From an uncultured Eubacteriales bacterium (GTDB lineage Bacteria > Acidobacteriota > Aminicenantia > Aminicenantales > Saccharicenantaceae): a stretch of 64,000 bases of DNA. The position numbers and the translations under genes are program-made. The stretch spans positions 20,629 to 84,628 of the forward strand of contig CAYREO010000001.1 of assembly GCA_964423315.1 (NCBI GenBank), in the 5' to 3' direction. The notes under the pieces are model-generated. The model was not told the origin of the DNA, did no database searches, and saw nothing but the letters and a program-made list of their open reading frames with translations. Below, piece after piece: positions 28,868 to 39,519 of the stretch (the first letter of the stretch is position 1; each line of letters begins with the position of its first letter).

Positions 28868-29222
28868 CGAGGAGCTGGGGACAGGGACAAGCGCTACGTG
28901 TCGCGCGGCTGACCGCGGAGCGGGCCGGATTGTCAACCGCCGCCGCGGCTCTTGGCGAGCGCCGCCAACCCCTTTCGAAAAGCTCCCACGCAAGCGCTCG
29001 CCGCTCCACAGCGTCTATAGGCATCAGCGGCCCCTCGTGAATGGGGCCCCATCCTCTCCGTCTGACGGCCCATCACCTTTTCAAATTGAACGGAGCCTGC
29101 GGAGTCGTTGGACACATACCGATGGGGATAAGTAGCGAAGGTACGGGTCCCTGTTCGAAAACGAAGCTCCTGGGATTGAAAAGCGAGACAAATCTGAGCT
29201 ATAAAGGCATGAAGGAAAACCG

Positions 29223-30278
29223 ATGAGCGGGATGTCACGATTCGTCAGCCTGGCCGCCGGTGCCTGCCTGTTTGTCGCGCCGCTCCTGTTTTCGGTCGGC
29301 TGCGGCGGGGGCGGGCCGGTCCTGCGGGTCTACACCTGGTCCGACTACATCAAGCCGGAGCTCGTCCGGCGGTTCGAGCGCGAGCATGGATGCCGGGTCG
29401 TCCTCGATACCTTCGAGTCGAACGAGGCCATGTACGCCAAGCTCAAGGCCGGGGCCGGCGGTTACGACGTCCTGACACCCTCGAGCTACATGGTCAGCCT
29501 CATGAACGCCCAGGGCATGCTGATGAGCCTCGACCACGGGCAGCTGCCGAACTTGGTCCATGTCGACCCGGAGTATCTGGCCAGGGCGGTCGACGGGGCC
29601 ATGGGCCATTCCGTTCCCTACATGCTCGTCGTGACCGGCATCGCCTACCTCGAAAGCCGGGTCCGGGACGCGGCCCCGTCGTGGTCGATGTTCGGGCGGG
29701 CCGACTTGCGGGGACGGATGACGATGCTCAACGACATGAGGGAGACGATCGGCGCGGCCCTCAAAGCCCTGGGATACAGCATCAACACGACGAACGAGGG
29801 CGAGCTCGCGGAAGCGGAGGGGCTGCTCCTCGCGTGGAAGGCCAACCTGGCCAAGTTCGAGAACGAGCAGTACAAGATCGGGCTGGCCTCGGGCGAGTTC
29901 CTGCTCGTCCACGCCTGGAACGGGGACATTTTCCAGGTCGCGCAGGAGAACCCAGATGTCCGGTTCGTGGTTCCCGAGGAGGGGACGGTCATCTCGTGCG
30001 ACGACCTGGTCATCCCGGAGGGCGCGAGGCAGGTCGAGCTGGCTCACGCGTTCATCAACTTCCTGCACGATCCGAAGGTGGCCGCCGAGAACACGGAGTT
30101 CATCCATTTCCTTTGCCCCAATAAAAGCTCCTACGAGCTGCTGGGGCCGGAGATCCGGGGCAATCCGAGCATCTTCCTGGAACCGGACGTGTGGGAGCGG
30201 AGCGAGATGATCGCCGACATCGGCGCCGCCAACGCCCTCTACGTCCGCGTCTGGGACCGCATGAAATCCGCCAAATAA
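29223..30278 (+). CDS. potD: Polyamine ABC transporter periplasmic substrate-binding lipoprotein (PotD/PotF family)
   Basis: Lipobox (LFSVGCGGGG). LRVYTWSDYIKPELVRRFEREHGCRVVLDTFESNEAMYAKL is the canonical PotD N-terminus. Confidence 0.8.
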   Translation: MSGMSRFVSLAAGACLFVAPLLFSVGCGGGGPVLRVYTWSDYIKPELVRRFEREHGCRVVLDTFESNEAMYAKLKAGAGGYDVLTPSSYMVSLMNAQGMLMSLDHGQLPNLVHVDPEYLARAVDGAMGHSVPYMLVVTGIAYLESRVRDAAPSWSMFGRADLRGRMTMLNDMRETIGAALKALGYSINTTNEGELAEAEGLLLAWKANLAKFENEQYKIGLASGEFLLVHAWNGDIFQVAQENPDVRFVVPEEGTVISCDDLVIPEGARQVELAHAFINFLHDPKVAAENTEFIHFLCPNKSSYELLGPEIRGNPSIFLEPDVWERSEMIADIGAANALYVRVWDRMKSAK

Positions 30279-30426
30279 GAAGGGGTCAAATCTCCATTTA
30301 TTAAATTTGGTTCATCTTCCGTTTTCGGGGGCTAGAAACTATGAGGTTGGCCGATAGACTATCTGTTCCCCGGAAATGGGAGATGAACCTCTTATTTTTT
30401 AATAAGTGGAGATTTGACCCCTTCTT
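30277..30426. repeat. MITE-like palindromic element, copy 2 (28-bp TIRs, 1 mismatch, 94-bp core)
   Basis: Arms aagaaggggtcaaatctccatttattaa (30277-30304) and ttaataagtggagatttgaccccttctt (30399-30426). It lies between the potD stop and the stop of the convergent cyclophilin-VOC gene. Confidence 0.7.
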
Positions 30427-31778
30427 ATTTGGAAGACATAGGCGCCGGCGTCCATGAACACGGACTCGTCGTTCGTCCCCTCGTCCGGCCCGGCGGCTAT
30501 TCCGCGGCGTTTGAGAATGTCACGCCAAGCGGCGGGATCGTCGACCATGAGATCTATCCGGACGGCCTTGCGCTCGGTGAAGGGATGGAGGCCTTCGGCC
30601 CCGTCGACGAGACCGATGAATCCCGATCGCGAGGCCGTCATGACCTTGGCGAAGCCCTGGTCGACGAGGAGCCCGGCGCTGAGCTTGTCGACCTGGAAGC
30701 GCAGGGCGGCTTCGAGGTCCCGGTAATAAAGCCAGAGAATATTGGCCTTGATCCCCAATTCGGTCGGGCGATCGGTCTCCGCTCCGGGTTCAGGATAGAT
30801 CGATCCGACCGCGCTCAGAGCGTCATGGAGGCGGAAGTTCCGGGTGTCGTTCAGGAACCGCTCGAACTCGAGGAGGTGGCCCTCGGGATCATAGGCCACG
30901 AAACCGCGGGTGGGGTGGCGTGTCGCGTCCTTGAGCTCGGAGCGCATCTTGAGGCCCTTCCCCTTGAGGTAATCGTACCAGCCGTCGATCTCGTCGGTGA
31001 CGAACGACAGCGTCGCGGTCTTGGGCGCGTCGGCGTCGGGACCCGCGTCGGACAAGGGCGAAACCTTCAGAAAGGCCGTCTCCGACAACCGGAAAAGCCC
31101 CGGCCCGGCCGCCGGCAGGCCCAGGACCCGGCCGTAGAAACGCTCGGCCGCTTCCGTATCGCGGAAGAAATACCGGACGACGAGCCCCCGGATCTCCGGG
31201 AAGCTCTCGCGCCCGGTCGCGGCGGGGTCGCGCGTTTCGATCCTGGCCTTCCGGATGACGACGGGCTCGACCGGCTTGTGCATAGCCATCCTCCCGGGGC
31301 CTTCCCACTTCTCTTCGATGGGGACGGCGGCGATCTTTTCGAGGACCTCGAAGCCCTCGACCAGCCGGCCGAACACCGTGTACCGGCCGTCGAGATAGGG
31401 CCGGGCCGCGATGCAGATATAGAATTCCGAGTCGCCGCTTCCCTCGTCTTCCGTGCGGCCCAGGCCGACGGTACCGAAGATATGGGGGCGGGCGTTGAAC
31501 TCGGGCGGGAGCTTGGGAGCGTCGCCTCCCCCCGTCTGGATGACGTGCCCGCGGACGACACGGTAGAAGTCCTTGCCGTCGTAGTAGCCCTTACGGACAA
31601 GATCCTTGATCTGGGCGGCGGTCTTGGGCGCGTCAGCCTCGAAGAACTCGAAGACCATCGTGCCCATCGACGTCTCCAGGACGCACACTTCCTGCAGCTC
31701 AGCGCGAGGCTGCCGGCAGGAAGCGTCGAGCGCGGCGCCGCAGAGAACGACCAAGATGAGGAGAAGCGTTTTTTTCAT
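30399..31778 (-). CDS. Lipoprotein with N-terminal cyclophilin-type peptidyl-prolyl isomerase fused to two glyoxalase/VOC-like domains
   Basis: Lipobox (LCGAALDASC). Cyclophilin signature FYRVVRGHVIQTGG ... YTVFGRLVEGFEVLEKI. The C-terminal about 280 aa carry two VOC-like repeats (RGLVVRYFFRDTEAAERFYGRVLGL... and ANILWLYYRDLEAALRFQVDKL...). Confidence 0.65.
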   Translation of the reverse strand: MKKTLLLILVVLCGAALDASCRQPRAELQEVCVLETSMGTMVFEFFEADAPKTAAQIKDLVRKGYYDGKDFYRVVRGHVIQTGGGDAPKLPPEFNARPHIFGTVGLGRTEDEGSGDSEFYICIAARPYLDGRYTVFGRLVEGFEVLEKIAAVPIEEKWEGPGRMAMHKPVEPVVIRKARIETRDPAATGRESFPEIRGLVVRYFFRDTEAAERFYGRVLGLPAAGPGLFRLSETAFLKVSPLSDAGPDADAPKTATLSFVTDEIDGWYDYLKGKGLKMRSELKDATRHPTRGFVAYDPEGHLLEFERFLNDTRNFRLHDALSAVGSIYPEPGAETDRPTELGIKANILWLYYRDLEAALRFQVDKLSAGLLVDQGFAKVMTASRSGFIGLVDGAEGLHPFTERKAVRIDLMVDDPAAWRDILKRRGIAAGPDEGTNDESVFMDAGAYVFQIRRGQISTY

Positions 31779-31825
31779 GGCGAGACGACTATAGCTTCAG
31801 CCGCCCGGCGAAGTCAACGGCAGCC

Positions 31826-31929
31826 AAGAAGGGGTCAAATCTCCATTTATTAAATTCTCGCGGGGCGGCGAACGCGATGTCTCCAGGAAATCGACGAATT
31901 GTTAATGAATGGAGATTTGACCCCTTCTT
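31826..31929. repeat. MITE-like palindromic element, copy 3 (28-bp TIRs, 1 mismatch, 48-bp core)
   Basis: Arms aagaaggggtcaaatctccatttattaa (31826-31853) and ttaatgaatggagatttgaccccttctt (31902-31929). The core shares aggaaatcgRcgaat with the copy-1 core. It sits in the divergent region between the cyclophilin-VOC and POT transporter genes. Confidence 0.7.
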
Positions 31930-31964
31930 TTTTTTCAATTAGGATACGCGGGAAAGGCGGACCG

Positions 31965-33278
31965 ATGCTCAAGAAACACCCCCGCGCGCTGGCGTTCATC
32001 TTCTTCACCGAGATGTGGGAGAGGGTCGGCTTCTACACCCTGATGGCCATCCTCGTCCTGTACATGGACAAGGTCCTGGGCTGGCCCGACGGCCGCAAGG
32101 GCGATACGTACGGGCTTTTCCTGGCCCTTTGCTACTTCATGCCCCTCCTCGGCGGCTGGCTCGGCGACAAGGTCCTCGGCCAGATCAGGACCGTCCGCAT
32201 CGGGGCCGCCCTCATGGGTTTCGGCTATGTCGGGTTGGCCGTTTCGTCGGCTGACCACGTCACGACGTTCTACATCGGCCTGTTCCTCATCGGCGTCGGC
32301 ACCGGCATCTTCAAGGTCAATATGTCGGTCCTCGTCGGCAACCTCTACACCGAAAAGGTCCACCTCAAGGACGCCGGGTTCAACATCTTCTACATGGGCG
32401 TCAATCTGGGGGCCATGGTCGCCCCGCTCATCGCGACCTTCAACAGCGCGGTCTTCGGCAGCTACCATATCTCGTTCTGGGTCGCGGCCGTCGGCATGAT
32501 CTTCGCCCTGATCATCTTCCAGGCCGGCCAGTCCCATCTCCGCCCCTTCGACGGACGCCTGGGCACGGGCGGCCGGACCGCCCCCGCGCCTCCCTCCCCC
32601 GGAGCCGTCCCCGGCGCCCCCGCCCCCTATCCCGCGATCGACCGCAAAGAGTTCATCCAACGCATCCAGACCCTGGTCATCCTCTTCCTCATCGTCATCT
32701 TCTTTTGGATCGCCTTCTACCAGAACGCCTTCGGCCTGACCCTGTTCGCCGAGCGCTCGACCCTCGTCCTCAGCTGGCTCCGTCCGGAGACCTACCAGTT
32801 CTTCGAGCCGTTCTTCATCCTCGTCCTGACCCCCCTCCTGCTGACCCTTTTCGCCCGCCTCCGCCTCAAAGGCCGGGAGCCTTCAACGCCCACCAAGATC
32901 TTCCTGGGCATGCTCATCATGAGCCTGGCCATGGTCATCATGATCGCCGCCTCGCTCGCCGGGGGCAACGAGGACCGCAACATCATGTCGCCCCTCTGGC
33001 TCATCGGGACCTATTTCGTCGTCACCATCGCGGAGATCCTCATCTCGCCCATGGGCCAGTCGTTCGTCTCCAAGGTCGCCCCGCCCCGCATCGCCGGCCT
33101 GATGATGGGCGGCTGGTTCGCCGCCACGGCCACCGGGAGCTACCTCAGCGGGCTGCTCGGCAAGTCCTACAGCCGCCTGGCCCACCACGAGTTCTTCCTC
33201 TTCCTGGCCGCCCTGATGATCACGGCCGCGCTCCTCGTCCTGGCCTTCCTCAAGCGGCTCAAGCGCTTCGCGACCTGA
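31965..33278 (+). CDS. POT/PTR2-family proton-dependent oligopeptide transporter (MFS)
   Basis: The PTR2 signature ALAFIFFTEMWERVGFYTLMAILVLYM places this in the POT family. The start is set at MLKKHP; the track ORF begins at 31899 inside the repeat element. Confidence 0.75.
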   Translation: MLKKHPRALAFIFFTEMWERVGFYTLMAILVLYMDKVLGWPDGRKGDTYGLFLALCYFMPLLGGWLGDKVLGQIRTVRIGAALMGFGYVGLAVSSADHVTTFYIGLFLIGVGTGIFKVNMSVLVGNLYTEKVHLKDAGFNIFYMGVNLGAMVAPLIATFNSAVFGSYHISFWVAAVGMIFALIIFQAGQSHLRPFDGRLGTGGRTAPAPPSPGAVPGAPAPYPAIDRKEFIQRIQTLVILFLIVIFFWIAFYQNAFGLTLFAERSTLVLSWLRPETYQFFEPFFILVLTPLLLTLFARLRLKGREPSTPTKIFLGMLIMSLAMVIMIAASLAGGNEDRNIMSPLWLIGTYFVVTIAEILISPMGQSFVSKVAPPRIAGLMMGGWFAATATGSYLSGLLGKSYSRLAHHEFFLFLAALMITAALLVLAFLKRLKRFAT

Positions 33279-33294
33279 CATCCGGAGGACATCC

Positions 33295-34479
33295 ATGACC
33301 CTCATCCAGGAAAAAGTCGAACAGGCCGCCGGGCTCCTCCGCGAGTTCGGCCTGGACTGCTGGATCACCTTCACCCGCGAGAGCGAGATCTGCGGCGATC
33401 CGACGCTCGTTTTCCTGGCACCCGGCCACGTCACCTGGCATTCGGCCTTCATCGTCTCCGCGGACGGCCGGACGCGGGCCATCGTCGGGCTCTACGACCA
33501 GAAGGCGATCGAGGAGACCGGGGCCTACGACAAAGTCGTCGCCTTCGTCACCGGCATCAAGGAGCCGCTCCTCGAATACCTCAAGGAGATCGATCCCAAA
33601 ACGATCGCCGTCAACTACTCCGAGACGAGCGAGATCTGCGACGGCCTGACCCACGGTATGTATCTGACCCTCCACAAGTTCCTGTCCGAAGCCGGAATGG
33701 CCGACCGTCTCCGGAGCGCCGAAAAGGTCGTCTCGGCCCTGCGCGAGCGCAAGTCCGCGGTCGAGATCGGCTGGATGAAGGAAGCCGTCCGGGCGACCGA
33801 GGAGATCTACGCCGCCGCGGCCCGCTTCGTCGCGCCGGGGAAGACCGAAAAAGAGATCGCCGCCTTCATCCTGGCCGAGTCCGTCAAGCGCGGCCTGCCC
33901 CTCGCTTGGGGCCAGGCCACCTGCCCCGCCGTCTTCACCGGGCCCGACACAGCCCAGGCCCACTACTCGCCCACCGACCGTCCCGTCGAGCGCGGCCACG
34001 TCCTCAACATGGACTTCGGCGTCAAGGTCAACGGCTACTGCTCCGACATGCAGCGGACTTTTTACGTCCTCGAGCCGGGCGAGACCCAAGCTCCTGAGGA
34101 CGTCATGAAGGGCTTCCGGACCATCGTCCAGGCCGTCGAGGAGGCCCGCCGAGCCATGAAGCCGGGAGTGCCCGGACACTCAATCGACGCCGTGGCCCGC
34201 TCGATCGTCACCGAGGCCGGCTACGCCGAATTCCCCCACGCCCTCGGCCACCAGGTCGGCCGCTTCGCCCACGACGGAACGGCCCTTCTCGGCCCGGCCT
34301 GGGAGAAGTACGCCCACAAGCCCTTCCAGAAGCTCGAGGAGGGCATGGTCTTCACCCTCGAGCCGCGCCTCTCCGTCCCGAACCGGGGCACGATCACGAT
34401 CGAGGAGATGGTCGTCGTCACCAAGGACGGCGCCGAATGGCTCGGCCGCCCGCAGAAGGAGATCATCCTTGTCGGATGA
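33295..34479 (+). CDS. pepP: Xaa-Pro aminopeptidase / M24 family metallopeptidase (creatinase-N plus pita-bread domain)
   Basis: M24 metal-binding motifs (DFGVKVNGYCSDMQRTF, HALGHQVGRFAHDG, TLEPRL...TIEEMVVV). Confidence 0.75.
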   Translation: MTLIQEKVEQAAGLLREFGLDCWITFTRESEICGDPTLVFLAPGHVTWHSAFIVSADGRTRAIVGLYDQKAIEETGAYDKVVAFVTGIKEPLLEYLKEIDPKTIAVNYSETSEICDGLTHGMYLTLHKFLSEAGMADRLRSAEKVVSALRERKSAVEIGWMKEAVRATEEIYAAAARFVAPGKTEKEIAAFILAESVKRGLPLAWGQATCPAVFTGPDTAQAHYSPTDRPVERGHVLNMDFGVKVNGYCSDMQRTFYVLEPGETQAPEDVMKGFRTIVQAVEEARRAMKPGVPGHSIDAVARSIVTEAGYAEFPHALGHQVGRFAHDGTALLGPAWEKYAHKPFQKLEEGMVFTLEPRLSVPNRGTITIEEMVVVTKDGAEWLGRPQKEIILVG

Positions 34480-34582
34480 TCCCCGGTCGGCACCGACGAA
34501 GCCCACCGGCGGCATCAGGTTCACGACCGGGCCTTAGACTGGGACCAAGCATGACGCGATCAGAGCTCTTCACGGGGAAACG

Positions 34583-35332
34583 ATGAGCCTATCCCGTGAA
34601 CAGGCCCGGTCCATCAGGCGGCTCGGGTCGATCGTCCTGCCCGCCAGCCTAGCCGTCTTCGCCCTCTCGCTCGCGATGCGGAACGCCCTCCCCGACAGAT
34701 CCCTCATCATCGACTCTCTCCTCCAGGATCCCATCCAATCGGCCGAAGCCGTCCCGGCCCCCTTCGAGGTCACCCGCAAGGACGTCACCTACACGGTGAC
34801 GCCTCTTTTCAGCTACGAGCTCTGGGGGATGATCGTGTCCTATCACCACGCCTCCTCGTTCATCGACATCTCCCACAAGATGTGGCAGGACTTTCTCAAC
34901 ATCAAGGACGTCTGCGTCATCTGGGGGCCGAACGTCGAGAGCGGCGTCTACGAGAGGATGAGGTTCCGCAACCGCGACTTCACCTGCTTCTATCGCTACC
35001 CGGACCGCGAGACCGGCGCCCTGTTCACCGAGAACGCCCTGTCCAACAACCATCTTTTGCCCGCCGACCCGCTCGTCGCCGACGCCATCCTCAAGGCCCG
35101 CAAGGGCGATCAGATCCATTTCAAGGGATGGCTCGTCTCCTACGGCCACAAAGGAGCGCCCTACGCCCGCGGCTCGAGCACGGTCCGCACCGACCGCGGC
35201 AACGGCGCCTGCGAGACCGTCTGGGTCGAGGAGTTCGAGATCCTCCGCGAGGCCAACGCCGCCTGGCGCGCGCTCCACAAGCTCTCGCTCCTTCTCATGG
35301 CCCTGTCCGCCGCGGCCCTGCTTTTCATCTGA
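34583..35332 (+). CDS. Hypothetical membrane-anchored protein (N- and C-terminal TM segments, about 170-aa central domain of unknown function)
   Basis: 249-aa ORF with coding-like composition. TM segments are LGSIVLPASLAVFALSLAM and LSLLLMALSAAALLFI. No recognisable family. Confidence 0.45.
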   Translation: MSLSREQARSIRRLGSIVLPASLAVFALSLAMRNALPDRSLIIDSLLQDPIQSAEAVPAPFEVTRKDVTYTVTPLFSYELWGMIVSYHHASSFIDISHKMWQDFLNIKDVCVIWGPNVESGVYERMRFRNRDFTCFYRYPDRETGALFTENALSNNHLLPADPLVADAILKARKGDQIHFKGWLVSYGHKGAPYARGSSTVRTDRGNGACETVWVEEFEILREANAAWRALHKLSLLLMALSAAALLFI

Positions 35333-35448
35333 ATTGGGGCGGCTCATGAGAAGAGCGGCGGGCCGAGACGTCTCTCTTTCTGAGATGACAGAAAACAGCT
35401 ATCGCCCATTGTCGCCTCCCGAAATGTGTCCCTCTCTCTCTTCGCACA

Positions 35449-35660
35449 ATGTTTGACCATTTTGAGTCGTCCCTGACCTTTGTGACGCGGAACTCGCCCG
35501 GCTCCCGTGGCATGGCCTATGACGCCGCGATCAAAGAGATCCGGGGCGGGATCCCGAGCGTCGCCATCCTCATGGACAAGTTGAGCGGCGAGAGCCGCGG
35601 CTGCCGCCTTCGTCGAGATACCGAACAAGGACGAGGGCGAGAAGGCCATCGCTAAATGTC
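35449..35660 (+). pseudogene. Frameshifted remnant of an RRM-type RNA-binding protein (rbpA-like)
   Basis: Frame a reads ...AYDAAIKEIRGGIPSVAILMDKLSGESRG, which resembles RRM ...FSEFGEVTSAKVIMDRETGRSRG. A 1-nt shifted frame continues as AFVEIPNKDEGEKAIAKCQ, which resembles the RNP1 motif plus following region GFGFVEMPNDEEAQKAI. Neither frame is intact. Confidence 0.4.
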
Positions 35661-36570
35661 AGGCGCCCGTCCGGAAAAGGACCGTTCTCGGTTTCCAGAC
35701 GAAGCTCGCGGCTCCGCCTTCGGTTTCTTCTTTGCGTTCAAGGCAGGTGAGGGCCAGCGTCGCCCCCGGCGCGGCGGCGTCCAGGATGGAAACAAGATGA
35801 TCCGCGTTCCGGACTTTCACGCCGTCGACTTCGGTGATCAGGTCCAGGAAACGGATACCCGCCGTTTCGGCCGGCCCTCCGTAGGCGATCAGGGTCACGA
35901 GGGCGCTCTCCAGGCGCCCTTTGCCCAGAGCCTGGATCTGGGAAGGCGTCAGGTCGGAAACGAAGAAACCGCGCCTGTCCTTGTCCTCCAGCTCGATCCC
36001 GGCCGCCCGGCATGAGGACGCCACGGCGTCGATGAACGACCGGGCGTTGACCTCGGTCTCGAACGAGATCCGATAGGAGCTCTCCGACGCCAGGGTGACG
36101 ACCACGAGCCACTTCTGGCCCTGCGGATCGTTGGACGCGTAATACATGCGCATCGACCCGAGAAGATCGAGGGCGATGTTGACCTCGCGGCGGCCGGCTC
36201 CGGCCTGATATTCGAACTTGATCCTCTTCCTGTTCACGGAAACGCCGGTCAAAGGCCCCGCCCACTTATTCATGACGCTCAAGAACCGTCCGGCCTTGAT
36301 GCCGGCCAGGGAGGAATCGATCCGGGACTGGGACAGGCTCTCATCGGGCTTGTGCCAATACCACTCGAAGGCGCTGGGCAGGGGCCAGACCGAAGCCGCA
36401 TGGGATTCCCTGATCTCCTGGACGAGCACCGGCCGGACGGCCGAACCGGTTGTCCGTCCCGCGAGACGTGCTGCGGCGGGAATGGGGCCGGGCGAAGGCT
36501 TGGCCGGGAGGGCCGTGAGGACACCGGCGATCGCCGCCATCCCCGCGATAGACGCGATCTTTCTCCTCAT
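35659..36570 (-). CDS. Exported protein with C-terminal PDZ domain
   Basis: Signal peptide (MRRKIASIAGMAAIAGVLTALPA). C-terminal GFFVSDLTPSQIQALGKGRLESALVTLIAYGGPAETAGIRFLDLITEVDGVKVRNADHLVSIL shows PDZ-like (GLGF-type) topology. Confidence 0.55.
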   Translation of the reverse strand: MRRKIASIAGMAAIAGVLTALPAKPSPGPIPAAARLAGRTTGSAVRPVLVQEIRESHAASVWPLPSAFEWYWHKPDESLSQSRIDSSLAGIKAGRFLSVMNKWAGPLTGVSVNRKRIKFEYQAGAGRREVNIALDLLGSMRMYYASNDPQGQKWLVVVTLASESSYRISFETEVNARSFIDAVASSCRAAGIELEDKDRRGFFVSDLTPSQIQALGKGRLESALVTLIAYGGPAETAGIRFLDLITEVDGVKVRNADHLVSILDAAAPGATLALTCLERKEETEGGAASFVWKPRTVLFRTGA

Positions 36571-36810
36571 CTGTGCCTCCTTGATATCGCCGACCGCTCC
36601 CTCACGCCGGCGATCATCGCCCGAATGGGATCCAGGACGGCTTCCGGCTTGTCGAGGTGGACATTGGACCCGGCCCGGTCAATCCCCCCCAAAGGCTAAT
36701 CGATGGGGGAAAAGGCCTCCCAACATGAAGGCGGCGTTCGTTCCGCCGAGGCTGCCAGATAAGCGCGCCCGGGTCAAACCCGCCCCCGCCCCTCCGGATC
36801 CCGAGCGGAT

Positions 36811-37173
36811 CTATGTCTTCCGCAAGATCTTCTCGAGAGGCTTTCCTTTCGCCAGCTCGTCGATGAGCTTGTCCAGATAGCGTATTTCCCGCATGACGGG
36901 CTCTTCGATGTCCTCGATGCGGACACCACAGATCACGCCTTTGATCAAGGACCTCGATGGATTCGGCCGAGGAGCTTCCGCAAGGAATGTTTCCAAGTCC
37001 GTCTGTTTTTGGAGCTGGGCCTCCAATCCTTTTTGGCTGTATCCCGTCAGCCAACGAATGATCTCATCGACCTCTGATCTGGTGCGTCCCTTCTTTTCCG
37101 CCTTGGCGACATAAAGAGGATAGACGCGGGCGAAGCTTATGGAAAAAATCCGGGGTTTTGTCATGTTGCCCAT
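36811..37173 (-). CDS. DUF2200 family protein
   Basis: 120 aa; [42 protein letters not shown] matches the conserved N-terminus of the DUF2200 family. Confidence 0.5.
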   Translation of the reverse strand: MGNMTKPRIFSISFARVYPLYVAKAEKKGRTRSEVDEIIRWLTGYSQKGLEAQLQKQTDLETFLAEAPRPNPSRSLIKGVICGVRIEDIEEPVMREIRYLDKLIDELAKGKPLEKILRKT

Positions 37174-37442
37174 TGTAATTTATTGTCCCCCTGTTGTCAT
37201 TTTCGAAGGATTCCTTTGACCGAATACATTTCGGGTGCGCAAAGATAGCTTGGCACTGCATTTTCTCATCTGAGTCCGTCATCGTCACCGGGGAGGGAGG
37301 TCGCCCGCGGACGGCCGAGCCGGCTCCATCTCGAAATATTGACATCCGCGGGGGACTCGGTTAGTGCTAAAATGGGTAGACGCGGAATGGAATATGCAGG
37401 CCGCGGGGCGAATCGGGTCCGCGGGCATCGACGAGGAGCTTC

Positions 37443-39200
<1,758 letters not shown>

Positions 39201-39310
39201 GAGAGTCGCGGGCGCACGTCCCGCGCCAAATCTTACGTTTCGAAGCGTTCTTTGATCGGGGGGCGGTTTACGGTGACCCGCACCCCGTTTCCCGCCCAGC
39301 TTGTCAGCAG

Positions 39311-39467
39311 CTTTGCGGTTCTCATCTTCGAGCCGCTTCAACCTGCGAAGCTCCGCAGCACCCATCCCCGCATACTTCTTCTTCCACCGGTGGAACGCGA
39401 CCTCCGAGATCTCCATCTTCCGGGTGATCTCCGCGAGTCGAACAGTCTTTGGGACAGATTGACTCAT
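39311..39467 (-). pseudogene. IS3-family transposase OrfA remnant (N-terminal fragment only)
   Basis: The minus frame starting at 39467 reads MSQSVPKTVRLAEITRKMEISEVAFHRWKKKYAGMGAAELRRLKRLEDENRK. This matches the IS3-family OrfA pattern ...CRKMGISEATFYNWKKKFGGLGVSELRRLRQLEEENQRLK. Similarity is lost afterwards: there is no leucine-zipper continuation and no orfB. Confidence 0.5.
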
Positions 39468-39519
39468 AAGGACGGTTTTACCTATACTTTGGCCACGGAG
39501 TGAACAGGAGGGTATCGCG

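Noticed and set aside
37339-37373. TTGACA ... TAAAAT promoter-like hexamers upstream of the TM-TPR gene
   Set aside because: The spacing between the hexamers is about 23 nt, too long for a sigma70-type promoter. Not reported as a feature.
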